DNA from: Acidobacteriota bacterium
Lineage (GTDB): Bacteria; Acidobacteriota; Vicinamibacteria; Vicinamibacterales; 2-12-FULL-66-21
Length of the DNA: 64,000 bases
Reading direction: 5' to 3'
NCBI GenBank assembly: GCA_046735335.1
Contig: JBKPTE010000060.1
Span: 1,125-65,124, forward strand
The translations under genes were made by a program, and so were the position numbers. Numbering within the stretch: position 1 is the stretch's first letter; each line of letters opens with the position of its first letter. Of the stretch, positions 8,343-17,134 are shown in pieces. A model generated the notes under the pieces. That model did no database searches, was not told the origin of the DNA, and was given only the letters and a program-made list of their open reading frames with translations.

Positions 8343-9377
8343 ATGGCACTGCCGGCACAGATCCGCGACGTCGCGCATCTCGAAGATCTGCTGAGCGAAC
8401 CCTCCCCCGCGGCGATTGACGCGGTGCGGCGCGTCGATGGCGACGTCATCGTGCTCGGCGTTGCCGGCAAGATGGGACCCACGCTGGCCCGCATGGCGCG
8501 GCGGGCGATGGACGCTGCAGGCGTCCGGCATCACGTGATCGGCGTCTCCCGCTTTTCCTCTCCGGATCAGCAGCGCGCGCTCGACGCGCACGGCATCGAG
8601 ACGATTCGCTGCGATCTGCTCGACGAGCGGGCGCTCGCGCGCCTGCCGGATGCACCGAACGTGATCTACATGGCCGGGCGCAAGTTCGGATCGACGGGCA
8701 ACGAGCCGCTCACGTGGGCCATGAACACGCATGTTCCGGCGCTCGTCTGCTCCCGCTACCGCCGCAGCCGCATCGTCGCCTTCTCGACGGGGAACGTCTA
8801 CGGCCTCACGCCCCGCGGACGGGGCGGCTCGCGCGAAGAAGATTCCCCCGCGCCCGTTGGCGAGTACGCCATGAGCTGTCTCGGCCGGGAGCGCATGATC
8901 GAGTACTTCAGCGGCGCCTTCGGCATTCCCGTGGCCATCCTCCGGCTGAATTACGCAACGGAGATGCGGTACGGCGTGCTCGTCGATCTTGCGTCGAGCG
9001 TCTCGCAGCGGCAGCCTGTCGACGTGACGATGGGGTATTTCAACGTGATCTGGCAGGCGGACGCCAATGCCATGGCGCTCGCGGCACTCGAGCACGCCGC
9101 GTCGCCGCCGCTCATCGTGAACGTCGCCGGTGAAGAGGAAGCGAGCGTCCGCGCGACGTGCACCGCGCTCGGACGGAGCCTCGACATCCCAGTCAGCTTC
9201 ACCGGCCGAGAAGCCGAAGGCGCGCTGCTGAGCAACGGGTCCCGTGGATGGGCGCTCCTCGGCCGGCCGCGCGTCGACCTGGCGCAGCTCCTCTCGTGGA
9301 CGGCGGACTGGATCCGCCGCGACGGCGAACAACTCGGCAAGCCGACGCATTTCGAATCGCGCGCCGGACGGTTCTGA
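8343..9377 (+). CDS. NAD-dependent epimerase/dehydratase family protein
   Basis: Rossmann motif VIVLGVAGKMGPTLAR near the N-terminus. Length about 344 aa. ATG at 8343. Confidence 0.75.
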   Translation: MALPAQIRDVAHLEDLLSEPSPAAIDAVRRVDGDVIVLGVAGKMGPTLARMARRAMDAAGVRHHVIGVSRFSSPDQQRALDAHGIETIRCDLLDERALARLPDAPNVIYMAGRKFGSTGNEPLTWAMNTHVPALVCSRYRRSRIVAFSTGNVYGLTPRGRGGSREEDSPAPVGEYAMSCLGRERMIEYFSGAFGIPVAILRLNYATEMRYGVLVDLASSVSQRQPVDVTMGYFNVIWQADANAMALAALEHAASPPLIVNVAGEEEASVRATCTALGRSLDIPVSFTGREAEGALLSNGSRGWALLGRPRVDLAQLLSWTADWIRRDGEQLGKPTHFESRAGRF

Positions 9378-10441
9378 TGACCCACCTGCCTCCCCGAATC
9401 GGCGCCGCGCTCCGGGACGGACGGGTGATCCCTGCGCACCCGCTGGCGCTCGACGAAAGCGGGAAGTTCGACGAGCGCAGCCAGCGCGCGCTGACCCGCT
9501 ACTACTCCGCCGCGGGCGCCGGCGGGCTTGCGGTCGGTGTCCACACGACGCAGTTCGCGATCCGCGAGGCATCGGTCGGGCTGTTCGAACCCGTGCTCAC
9601 GATCGCGGCCGAAGAGATGGACCACGCCGATGCGCGCAGGACGGAGCCGCTCATCCGGATCGGCGGAATCTGCGGCGCCACCGATCAGGCGCTGCGCGAG
9701 GCCGACACGCTCGCGCGCCTTCGGTATCACGCCGGACTCCTGAGTCTTGCCGCGCTGCGCAGCGCCAGTGACGACGTCCTCATCGCGCACTGCGCATCCG
9801 TGGCGGAGCGCATTCCTCTCGTCGGCTTCTATCTGCAGGCTTCGGTCGGGGGACGCCCTCTTTCGTACAGGTTCTGGCGCCGTCTTGCCGAGCTCCCGCG
9901 TGTCGTCGCGATCAAGATCGCGCCCTTCAACCGCTATCAGACGATTGACGTCCTCCGGGCCGTAATCGACGCCGGACGCGACGACATCATCCTCTACACG
10001 GGCAATGACGATTCGATCGTCTACGATCTCGTGACGCCGTTCAGACTCGGTGCCGGCGAACTGCAGGCCGAACGCCGCATCGTCGGCGGCCTGCTCGGAC
10101 ACTGGGCCGTGTGGACGAAGTGCGCGGTGCAACTGCTCGAAGACTGCCGCGCCGCGGGGCGCGGATCGTGTGTGCCCGCGGAACTGCTCCAGCGAGGCGC
10201 CCAGATCACCGATGCAAACGCGGCGTTCTTCGACCCGTCCAACAACTTCGCCGGCTGCATCGCCGGCATTCACGAGGTGCTGCGGCGGCAGGGTCTCGTG
10301 CGCAGCGTACGATGCCTCGATCCGGACGAGCGCATGAGTTCGGGACAGTCCGACGAGATCGATCGCGTATACCGGGCGTACCCCCATCTGGCGGACGATG
10401 ACTTCGTTCGCGAGCACCTCGACGAGTGGATGCGATGGTGA
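9377..10441 (+). CDS. dihydrodipicolinate synthase (DapA/NAL) family protein
   Basis: MTHLPPRIGAALRDGRVIPAHPLALDE...YYSAAGAGGLAVGVHTTQF resembles the TIM-barrel class I aldolase family. The start ATG shares one nucleotide with the upstream stop (TGATG). Confidence 0.65.
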   Translation: MTHLPPRIGAALRDGRVIPAHPLALDESGKFDERSQRALTRYYSAAGAGGLAVGVHTTQFAIREASVGLFEPVLTIAAEEMDHADARRTEPLIRIGGICGATDQALREADTLARLRYHAGLLSLAALRSASDDVLIAHCASVAERIPLVGFYLQASVGGRPLSYRFWRRLAELPRVVAIKIAPFNRYQTIDVLRAVIDAGRDDIILYTGNDDSIVYDLVTPFRLGAGELQAERRIVGGLLGHWAVWTKCAVQLLEDCRAAGRGSCVPAELLQRGAQITDANAAFFDPSNNFAGCIAGIHEVLRRQGLVRSVRCLDPDERMSSGQSDEIDRVYRAYPHLADDDFVREHLDEWMRW

Positions 10442-12168
10442 AACGAACAGCTCTCGTGCTCCTGCTGGCCGCGGCTTCGGCCGGTGCGCTGCTCCTGCAG
10501 AACCGGCCTCAACCCGCGGACCTCGTATTGACGGACGCGAAAATCCTCACCGTCGATTCGGGCTTCACCGAGGCGCGCGCGCTGGCCGTGCGCGACGGAC
10601 GGTTCGTCGCGGTCGGCTCCGTCGAGGAGATTCGTCCCTACGTCGGAAGCGCCACGCGCGTCATCGAGGGGCGCGGCCGGACCGTCATTCCCGGCCTGAT
10701 TGACACGCACGTCCACGCGCTTGGCGTCGCCGCGGCTGAACTGGCGCAGCCCTTTCGAAACCTGCGCTCCATCCCCGAGCTGCAGGATTGGATCCGGACC
10801 GAGACAGCCCGACGTCCGAGCGGATCGTGGATCTGGACGCCGCGCGTCTATCCGCCGCGGCTGCAGGAGCGGCGGTTCCCGTCACGCCAGGAGCTTGACG
10901 CCGTTGCGCCGAGTCATCCCGTTGTCGTCGACGGCGCGTACGCGCTGTCGCTGAACACGGCTGCCTTGAAAGCCGCGGGCATCAACAGCGCGTCGCCCGA
11001 TCCGCCCGGCGGCGCCATCGTGAAGGACGCGAGCGGCGAGCCCACGGGCCTGCTGCGGAACGTGGGATCCCTCCTCTCCCGCTTTCAGCCGCGCGAGTCG
11101 GCCGTTCCGTCGCTCGACGAGCTGCAGCGAGTGCACGAGCAGTACCTCGCGACGGGCATCACGAGCGTCATCGAGCGTGCCGCGACAGTCGAAGGCTTCC
11201 GAGCATATGAAGCGCTGCATCGGGCGGACCGCCTCAAAGTCCGTGCGACCGTCACGTTTCGCGTCCCGCACGCCGACGACGCTGCGCAGGTCGAGCAGTT
11301 CGTGACGGGGCTGCCCTTCCGCTTCGGGAGCGGCGACGACTGGCTGAAGGTCGGGCCACTGAAGATCTTCGTCGACGGCGGGATTTTGATCGGCACCGCG
11401 TTCATGCGCGAGCCGTACGGCGCCGGCGCGCATCAGCTGTACGCGATCGACGATCCGAAGTACCGCGGCTTCCTGACGCTGACGCCGGAGCAGATCAAGA
11501 CGGCCGTCGCGATCGGGCATCGTCATGGCTGGCAGATGGTCGCGCACGTCACCGGCGACGCCGGCGTCGACGCCGTACTGGATGCGTTCGAAGCCGCATT
11601 GAAGGAGGAGCCGTCCGCCGATCGGCGGCACACGCTCATCCACGCGTACTTCGTCCATCCCGAGACGGCCGCCCGGGCGGCACGGCTCGGCGTCCTCGTC
11701 GACACGCAGCCGGCCTGGTACTACAAGGATGCCGATGCGCTCGCGACCGGGCTCGGGCGCGCGCGTCTCGAGCACTTCATCGGGCTCCGGACGCTGCGGC
11801 AGGCAGGCGTCGAGGTCGCGATCAACACGGACCACATGTTCGGGCTGGATCGCGACGAGGCGCTGAATCCGTTCAATCCGTTTCTGACCATCTACACCGC
11901 GACGACGCGGCGCACGGAATCAGGAGCCGTCATTGGCAAGGAGGAAGCGGTATCGCGGCAGGACGCGCTCCGGATGATGACGAGTGCCGCTGCGCGGTTC
12001 AGCTTCGACGAGAAGTCGCGCGGTTCCATACAGCCCGGAAAGCTCGCCGATTTCGTCGTCCTCGACAGGGATGTGATGACCTGCACGGACGAGCAGTTGC
12101 GCGTGATCCGACCGGATTTCACGGTGGTCAATGGAAATATAGCGTATCGCGGCCAAGCTCAGCGATAG
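10435..12168 (+). CDS. exported amidohydrolase-family protein (amidohydrolase 3 / YtcJ-like)
   Basis: Signal peptide MVKRTALVLLLAAASAGALL. Metal-binding motif GLIDTHVHAL. C-terminal GKLADFVVLDRD motif typical of the family. Overlaps the upstream gene by 7 nt. Confidence 0.85.
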   Translation: MVKRTALVLLLAAASAGALLLQNRPQPADLVLTDAKILTVDSGFTEARALAVRDGRFVAVGSVEEIRPYVGSATRVIEGRGRTVIPGLIDTHVHALGVAAAELAQPFRNLRSIPELQDWIRTETARRPSGSWIWTPRVYPPRLQERRFPSRQELDAVAPSHPVVVDGAYALSLNTAALKAAGINSASPDPPGGAIVKDASGEPTGLLRNVGSLLSRFQPRESAVPSLDELQRVHEQYLATGITSVIERAATVEGFRAYEALHRADRLKVRATVTFRVPHADDAAQVEQFVTGLPFRFGSGDDWLKVGPLKIFVDGGILIGTAFMREPYGAGAHQLYAIDDPKYRGFLTLTPEQIKTAVAIGHRHGWQMVAHVTGDAGVDAVLDAFEAALKEEPSADRRHTLIHAYFVHPETAARAARLGVLVDTQPAWYYKDADALATGLGRARLEHFIGLRTLRQAGVEVAINTDHMFGLDRDEALNPFNPFLTIYTATTRRTESGAVIGKEEAVSRQDALRMMTSAAARFSFDEKSRGSIQPGKLADFVVLDRDVMTCTDEQLRVIRPDFTVVNGNIAYRGQAQR

Positions 12169-12235
12169 CCCGCCGCGATTGACTCGCGCTCGCCGCCGGA
12201 CGTAGCATCGCGCTCACCTGACGGGAGGTGTCGCA

Positions 12236-15200
12236 ATGTCCTCAGCGGCTTGGCGGTGTTCGTCTGCCTTCGTTGCCCTCGCGATCGTTGCATTCATCTG
12301 CGCGGTTCCAGGTCGAGCGGCCGCGCAGGTCCTGTATGGATCGATAGTCGGAGACGTCAAAGACTCTTCAGGCGCCGCCATGCCCGGCGCCACGGTGCTC
12401 GTCACCAACAACAACACCGGGTTCACCCGCGAGGCGGTGACCGACGGCGTTGGACACTTCAACCTCGCGGACCTGCCCGCGGGCGTTTATACGCTGAAGG
12501 CCACGCAACAGGGGTTCAGGACGTTCGAGCAGTCGCCGGTGACCGTCAACATCAACACCGTGACGCGGCTCAACATCAGCCTCGAGATCGGTGCGCTGGG
12601 GGACAACGTCACGGTGCGCGCCGAAGCGCCGGCGCTGCAGACGGAAACTGCGGAAGTCCACTCGAACCTGCTCGGGCAGGAGCTGACGAACCTTCCCGTG
12701 CCGCTCGGCGGAAATTACCAGCAGGTCTACCGGATGCTGCCCGGTTTCGCGCCGCCGGCCAACTCGCACTCCATCCCCACGAACCCGGCGCGTTCACTGG
12801 AGTTCAGCGTCAACGGCACGAGCGACGATCAGAACAACACCCGGATCGACGGCGTCAGCACCGCGAACATCCAGCTGCCGCACGTCGCGTCGTACATCCC
12901 GACCCTCGAGTCGATTCAGGAAGTCAACGTCGTCACCAGCAGCTTCGACGCGGAGCAGGGGCTCGCAGGCGGCGCGGCCATCAACGTCCAGACGCGCAGC
13001 GGCTCGAACGCGATGCACGGGTCGGGGTTCGAGTACTTCACGAACCAGGACCTGAAAGCGTGGCCGATGCGGTTCGACGATGTGGCGCTGAATACGGGCC
13101 CGAAGCCCAAGCAGAGCTACAACGAGTTTGGTGGCACGGTCGGCGGCCCGATCCGCAAGAACAAGGCGTTCTACTTCGTGAGCTACGAGTCGATCCGTGA
13201 CCACCGGGACGTGAGCAGGACCGTGTCGGTGCCGATGCCCGCGATGTTGAAGGGGGACTTCTCGCTTTCCCCGACGCCGATCTACGACCCGCTCACTGGA
13301 AATGCGGACGGGACCGGGCGGACGCAGTTCCAGGTGTTCCCGGGCGATCCGAACTACGCGCTCTGCAACACGGCGGCGAACCCGAGCTGCCTGAACATCC
13401 TCCCTGCCGCGCGGATGGATCCGATCGCTCAGAAGATCGCGAGCTACTTCCCGGCAAACAATCTGAACCGCGATCGGAACAACTACTTCGCGCAGGCGCC
13501 GTTCACGTTCGACCGGAACCAGGTCGACTCCAGGTTCGATTACAACGGCAACTCGAAGTTCAACATGGCGGGAACGTTCGGCATGCTGCACTATCGCGCG
13601 GTCACGCCGACGGTGTTCGGGGACACCGCCGTCGGCCGGCCGATCGGGGGGAGCAGCAATCCCGGCACCGGCCACGGCAACACGTATCGCGTGACGGTGA
13701 TGGGCACGTACATCTTCACCCCGACGTTCTTCATGGACGCGCACTACGGTTATGCAAAGCAGGGAACGAATTCGGAGCAACCCGGCCTCGGACAGAACTT
13801 CGGGCGCGACACGCTGGGCATTCCGGGCACGAACGGCACGCGCGCGTTCGAGAGCGGCTGGCCGACGTTCTCCTTCGCGGACTTCGCGACGATTGGAGTC
13901 AACGAAAACTTCATGCCCTACTACCGGCACGATCCGCAGTCGCAGTACGTCGTGAACTTTAATCTGATCAAGGGGCGGCACAACGTCCGGTTCGGAAGCG
14001 ATATATACGACATGGCGCTGAACCAGACGCAGGCGGAGTTCATCACGGGCGGCTTCGGCGCACAGGGTGGATTCGGGTTTGCCCGCGGCGTCACGGAACG
14101 GTGCGAGGCGTTGAACCCATCGACGGGCAATTGCGCGCAGACGTCGAGAGGTTCGTTTTACAACACGGCCGCAGCGTTCATGCTCGGCCAGGCCAGCAGC
14201 GCCGGACGGACGCTGCAGGTGCCGGACGTGTACCACCTCAAGGCGCGCCTGTACAGCAGCTATATCCGCGATCGCTGGACGGCTTCGGACAAGCTGACGG
14301 TCGATTACGGCACGCGGTGGGAGTATTTTCCCGTTCCGACCAGGCCCGATCGCGGAATCGAGTTCTATGACGTCGATACGGGGAAGGTCCTGCTCTGCGG
14401 TGTCGGCCCCACGCCAAAGGACTGCGGGATCGAGACCAGCAAAGCGCGATTCGGCCCGCGCGTTGGCGTGGCCTACCGATTCGCCGACAAGTGGGTCGCA
14501 CGCGCAGGCTACGGGCTGACGAACGATCCGTACGAAGGGATGGAGCTGATTCGGGCGAACTATCCGCTACTGATTCAGGTGAAGGAGGAGTCGCCCGACG
14601 GCCTGACGCCCGCGGCCACCCTCGCGCAGGGAATACCGGCCGTGCAGGTCCCTGCTCAAGGCAATGGCGTCCTGGACATCCCGAGCGATTACGCATGGCA
14701 AGGCTATCCGAAAGATCTGAACCGCGGATATATTCAGTCGTGGAACTTCACCATCCAGCGCGAGCTGCCGTGGAGCTTTACGGGACAGATCGGGTACGTC
14801 GCGACGCGCACCACACGCCAACTCGGACTGCTCGACATCAACGCGGGACAAGTCATCGGTGCCGGCGAAGACGGGCGGCCGCTCGTCGCGCGCTTCGGCA
14901 GGACCGCATCGACGGTCCTCCTGCAGCCGATCGGCGACGGGAAGTACGATTCCATGCAGGCGCAACTACAGCGCCGGTTCGTGGACGGCCTCAGCCTTGC
15001 CGTGAACTACACGTTGGGCCGAGCGCTGAGCCCGAACGAGAACAGCTCGTGGCTGGTCGGAGATCATGGGACGCAGGCGCTTGCGTACCTGGATCGCAAT
15101 CTGGCGCCCACCAGCACGGATCGACGCCACAACGTCGGGATTACGAGCGTCTGGCAGATTCCCGTGGGAAAGGGCCGACACTGGCTCAACGACAGCGGCG

Positions 15201-15682
15201 TGGCGTCCGCGATCCTGGGCGGCTGGCAGGTGAACAACATGATCAGCATCATGAGCGGCACGCCGTTCTCCGTGCTGGCCGACGACACGTCGTTGAACCT
15301 GCCGGGCAGCGTGCAGACCGCGGATCAGGTGAAGCCCGCGGAGAAGCTCGGCGGCGTCGGACGTGATACGCCCTATTACGATCCGACCGCGTTTGCGGAC
15401 GTGACGCAGGCGCGATTCGGCAATACGGGCTACAACATCCTGCGCGGGCCGGGCCTCTTCAACTGGGACTTCGGTTTGACGCGTGAAATCGCGGCGACGA
15501 GCGGCGTCAGAGTGCAGCTCCGCCTGGAGTCGTACAATTTCACCAACACGCCGCATCTGGCGAATCCGGACAACAGCGTCGGCGACGGATCGGACTTCAT
15601 GACGATCACGAGCGTCCAGGATCTCGGCCGCGAGGGCATCGACGAGCGGCAGTTCCGGCTGGGCGTGAGGATCGTATTCTGA
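12236..15682 (+). CDS. TonB-dependent receptor with N-terminal carboxypeptidase-regulatory-like domain
   Basis: 1148 aa. Signal peptide. GSIVGDVKDSSGAAMPGATVLVTNNNTGFTREAVTDGVGHFNLADLPAGVYTL (CarboxypepD_reg-like), then plug and barrel. C-terminal ...RLGVRIVF. GGGAGG RBS. Confidence 0.9.
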   Translation: MSSAAWRCSSAFVALAIVAFICAVPGRAAAQVLYGSIVGDVKDSSGAAMPGATVLVTNNNTGFTREAVTDGVGHFNLADLPAGVYTLKATQQGFRTFEQSPVTVNINTVTRLNISLEIGALGDNVTVRAEAPALQTETAEVHSNLLGQELTNLPVPLGGNYQQVYRMLPGFAPPANSHSIPTNPARSLEFSVNGTSDDQNNTRIDGVSTANIQLPHVASYIPTLESIQEVNVVTSSFDAEQGLAGGAAINVQTRSGSNAMHGSGFEYFTNQDLKAWPMRFDDVALNTGPKPKQSYNEFGGTVGGPIRKNKAFYFVSYESIRDHRDVSRTVSVPMPAMLKGDFSLSPTPIYDPLTGNADGTGRTQFQVFPGDPNYALCNTAANPSCLNILPAARMDPIAQKIASYFPANNLNRDRNNYFAQAPFTFDRNQVDSRFDYNGNSKFNMAGTFGMLHYRAVTPTVFGDTAVGRPIGGSSNPGTGHGNTYRVTVMGTYIFTPTFFMDAHYGYAKQGTNSEQPGLGQNFGRDTLGIPGTNGTRAFESGWPTFSFADFATIGVNENFMPYYRHDPQSQYVVNFNLIKGRHNVRFGSDIYDMALNQTQAEFITGGFGAQGGFGFARGVTERCEALNPSTGNCAQTSRGSFYNTAAAFMLGQASSAGRTLQVPDVYHLKARLYSSYIRDRWTASDKLTVDYGTRWEYFPVPTRPDRGIEFYDVDTGKVLLCGVGPTPKDCGIETSKARFGPRVGVAYRFADKWVARAGYGLTNDPYEGMELIRANYPLLIQVKEESPDGLTPAATLAQGIPAVQVPAQGNGVLDIPSDYAWQGYPKDLNRGYIQSWNFTIQRELPWSFTGQIGYVATRTTRQLGLLDINAGQVIGAGEDGRPLVARFGRTASTVLLQPIGDGKYDSMQAQLQRRFVDGLSLAVNYTLGRALSPNENSSWLVGDHGTQALAYLDRNLAPTSTDRRHNVGITSVWQIPVGKGRHWLNDSGVASAILGGWQVNNMISIMSGTPFSVLADDTSLNLPGSVQTADQVKPAEKLGGVGRDTPYYDPTAFADVTQARFGNTGYNILRGPGLFNWDFGLTREIAATSGVRVQLRLESYNFTNTPHLANPDNSVGDGSDFMTITSVQDLGREGIDERQFRLGVRIVF

Positions 15683-15697
15683 AGGGCAGGACTCGAG

Positions 15698-17023
15698 ATG
15701 CAGAACTCTGACGACAAGAAAGTCGACCGCCGAACGTTCATTCAGGCTGCGGGGACGGTCGCGGGCTCCGCGATCGCCTCGACGGCGTTCTCCTATGACC
15801 GCATCCTGGGCGCGAACGACCGCATCGCGCTCGGGCACATCGGCATCGGCAACCGGGGCAGCGGCCTCCACAAGATGGCGTCGCGCCTGAAGGACAAGTA
15901 CAACGTCGAGACGGTGGCGGTCTGCGACCTCTGGAAGAACAACCGCGAGCGCGCCGCCACGAGGACGACGGAGTACTACGGGCGCGCGCCGAAGGCGGTG
16001 CAGCATCCCGACGAGCTGCTGGCCATGAAGGACGTCGACGCCGTCTTCATCGCCACGCCGGAGCACTCGCATTCGCCGATGCTGAAGAAGACGGCGGAGG
16101 CGGGCAAGCACGCCTACTGCGAGAAGCCGATGGGGAACGTGCTCGAGGAGGTCAAGGCCGCGCGCGATGCGGTCAAGGAGCGCAACCTCGTCGTGCAGAT
16201 CGGGACGCAGCATCGCAGCGAGCCGTACCAGCTCGCCGCGCGCGAGGTGCTGCGCACCGGCGTCCTCGGCGACGTGAGCAAGTACGAGATTGTGTGGAAC
16301 TACAACGGGCCGCGCTGGCGCGGCCGGCCGGAAGTGAAGCTGATTCGCCCGGAGGACACCGACTGGAAGACCTGGCTGATGACGAAGCCGGATCGTCCGT
16401 TCGATCCGCAGCTCTACTTCGAGTTCCGCCTCTATCGGGAGTTCTCGAGCGGCATCCCCGATCAGTGGATGAGCCACGGCATCGATCTCGTCCACTTCTT
16501 CATGAACGAGACGCCTCCGCGGTCGATCGTGTCGCACGGCGGCGTGTTCGCCTGGCACGACGGACGCCAGAATCCAGACACGTTCCAGGCGCTCGTCGAG
16601 TACCCGACCTTCCTCGTGAGCTACTCCACGAGCTTCGGCAACGACTCCGACAGCTTCTCGCGCATCATGGGGAAGAAGGCGACGCTCGTCAACATCGGCG
16701 GCGAGGGCAGCCCGCGCTGGAAGGTCGTCGACGAAAAAGGCAACCACGAGGACAACCCGACGATCGAGCGCGCCGAGCGCTGGGTCACGCTGCCCGGCGA
16801 CGACAAGCCCGGACCGATCAACATCGGCGACGAGGACCTGTCGCACATGTCGAACTGGTTCGAGTGCATGCGGAGCGGCAACAAGAAGACGCACGCGACC
16901 GTCGACAACGGCTTCCTGCACGCGGTTGCCGTCATCATGGCCGCGCAGTCGTACTGGCAGGGGAAGCGGCTCTACTACGACGCAGCAGCGGAACGGATCA
17001 CCGACGCCGCGCCGACACACTGA
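15698..17023 (+). CDS. Tat-exported Gfo/Idh/MocA-family oxidoreductase
   Basis: Twin-arginine signal DRRTFIQAAGTVAGSAIA. Rossmann IALGHIGIGNRG. EKP motif (AYCEKPM). Confidence 0.9.
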   Translation: MQNSDDKKVDRRTFIQAAGTVAGSAIASTAFSYDRILGANDRIALGHIGIGNRGSGLHKMASRLKDKYNVETVAVCDLWKNNRERAATRTTEYYGRAPKAVQHPDELLAMKDVDAVFIATPEHSHSPMLKKTAEAGKHAYCEKPMGNVLEEVKAARDAVKERNLVVQIGTQHRSEPYQLAAREVLRTGVLGDVSKYEIVWNYNGPRWRGRPEVKLIRPEDTDWKTWLMTKPDRPFDPQLYFEFRLYREFSSGIPDQWMSHGIDLVHFFMNETPPRSIVSHGGVFAWHDGRQNPDTFQALVEYPTFLVSYSTSFGNDSDSFSRIMGKKATLVNIGGEGSPRWKVVDEKGNHEDNPTIERAERWVTLPGDDKPGPINIGDEDLSHMSNWFECMRSGNKKTHATVDNGFLHAVAVIMAAQSYWQGKRLYYDAAAERITDAAPTH

Positions 17024-17134
17024 ACTGTTCGGGCCGGCGGGGCAATCGCCCCCCGGCCCGCTGATCCGCGTAGATCCACTCGCCTTCGACTTCACCCCCA
17101 ACCGGCACATCCTCGGATTGGCGCCGGCGACCGC

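Noticed and set aside
8205-10417. 455-aa and 488-aa minus-strand ORFs
   Set aside because: They are antisense to the epimerase and DapA-like genes and have no motifs. The plus-strand genes show Rossmann and aldolase signatures and translational coupling.
14966-17110. 714-aa minus-strand ORF
   Set aside because: It is antisense to the 3' end of the TonB-dependent receptor and the whole Gfo/Idh/MocA gene. It is a low-complexity Arg/Val/Asp-rich translation with no recognisable domain.
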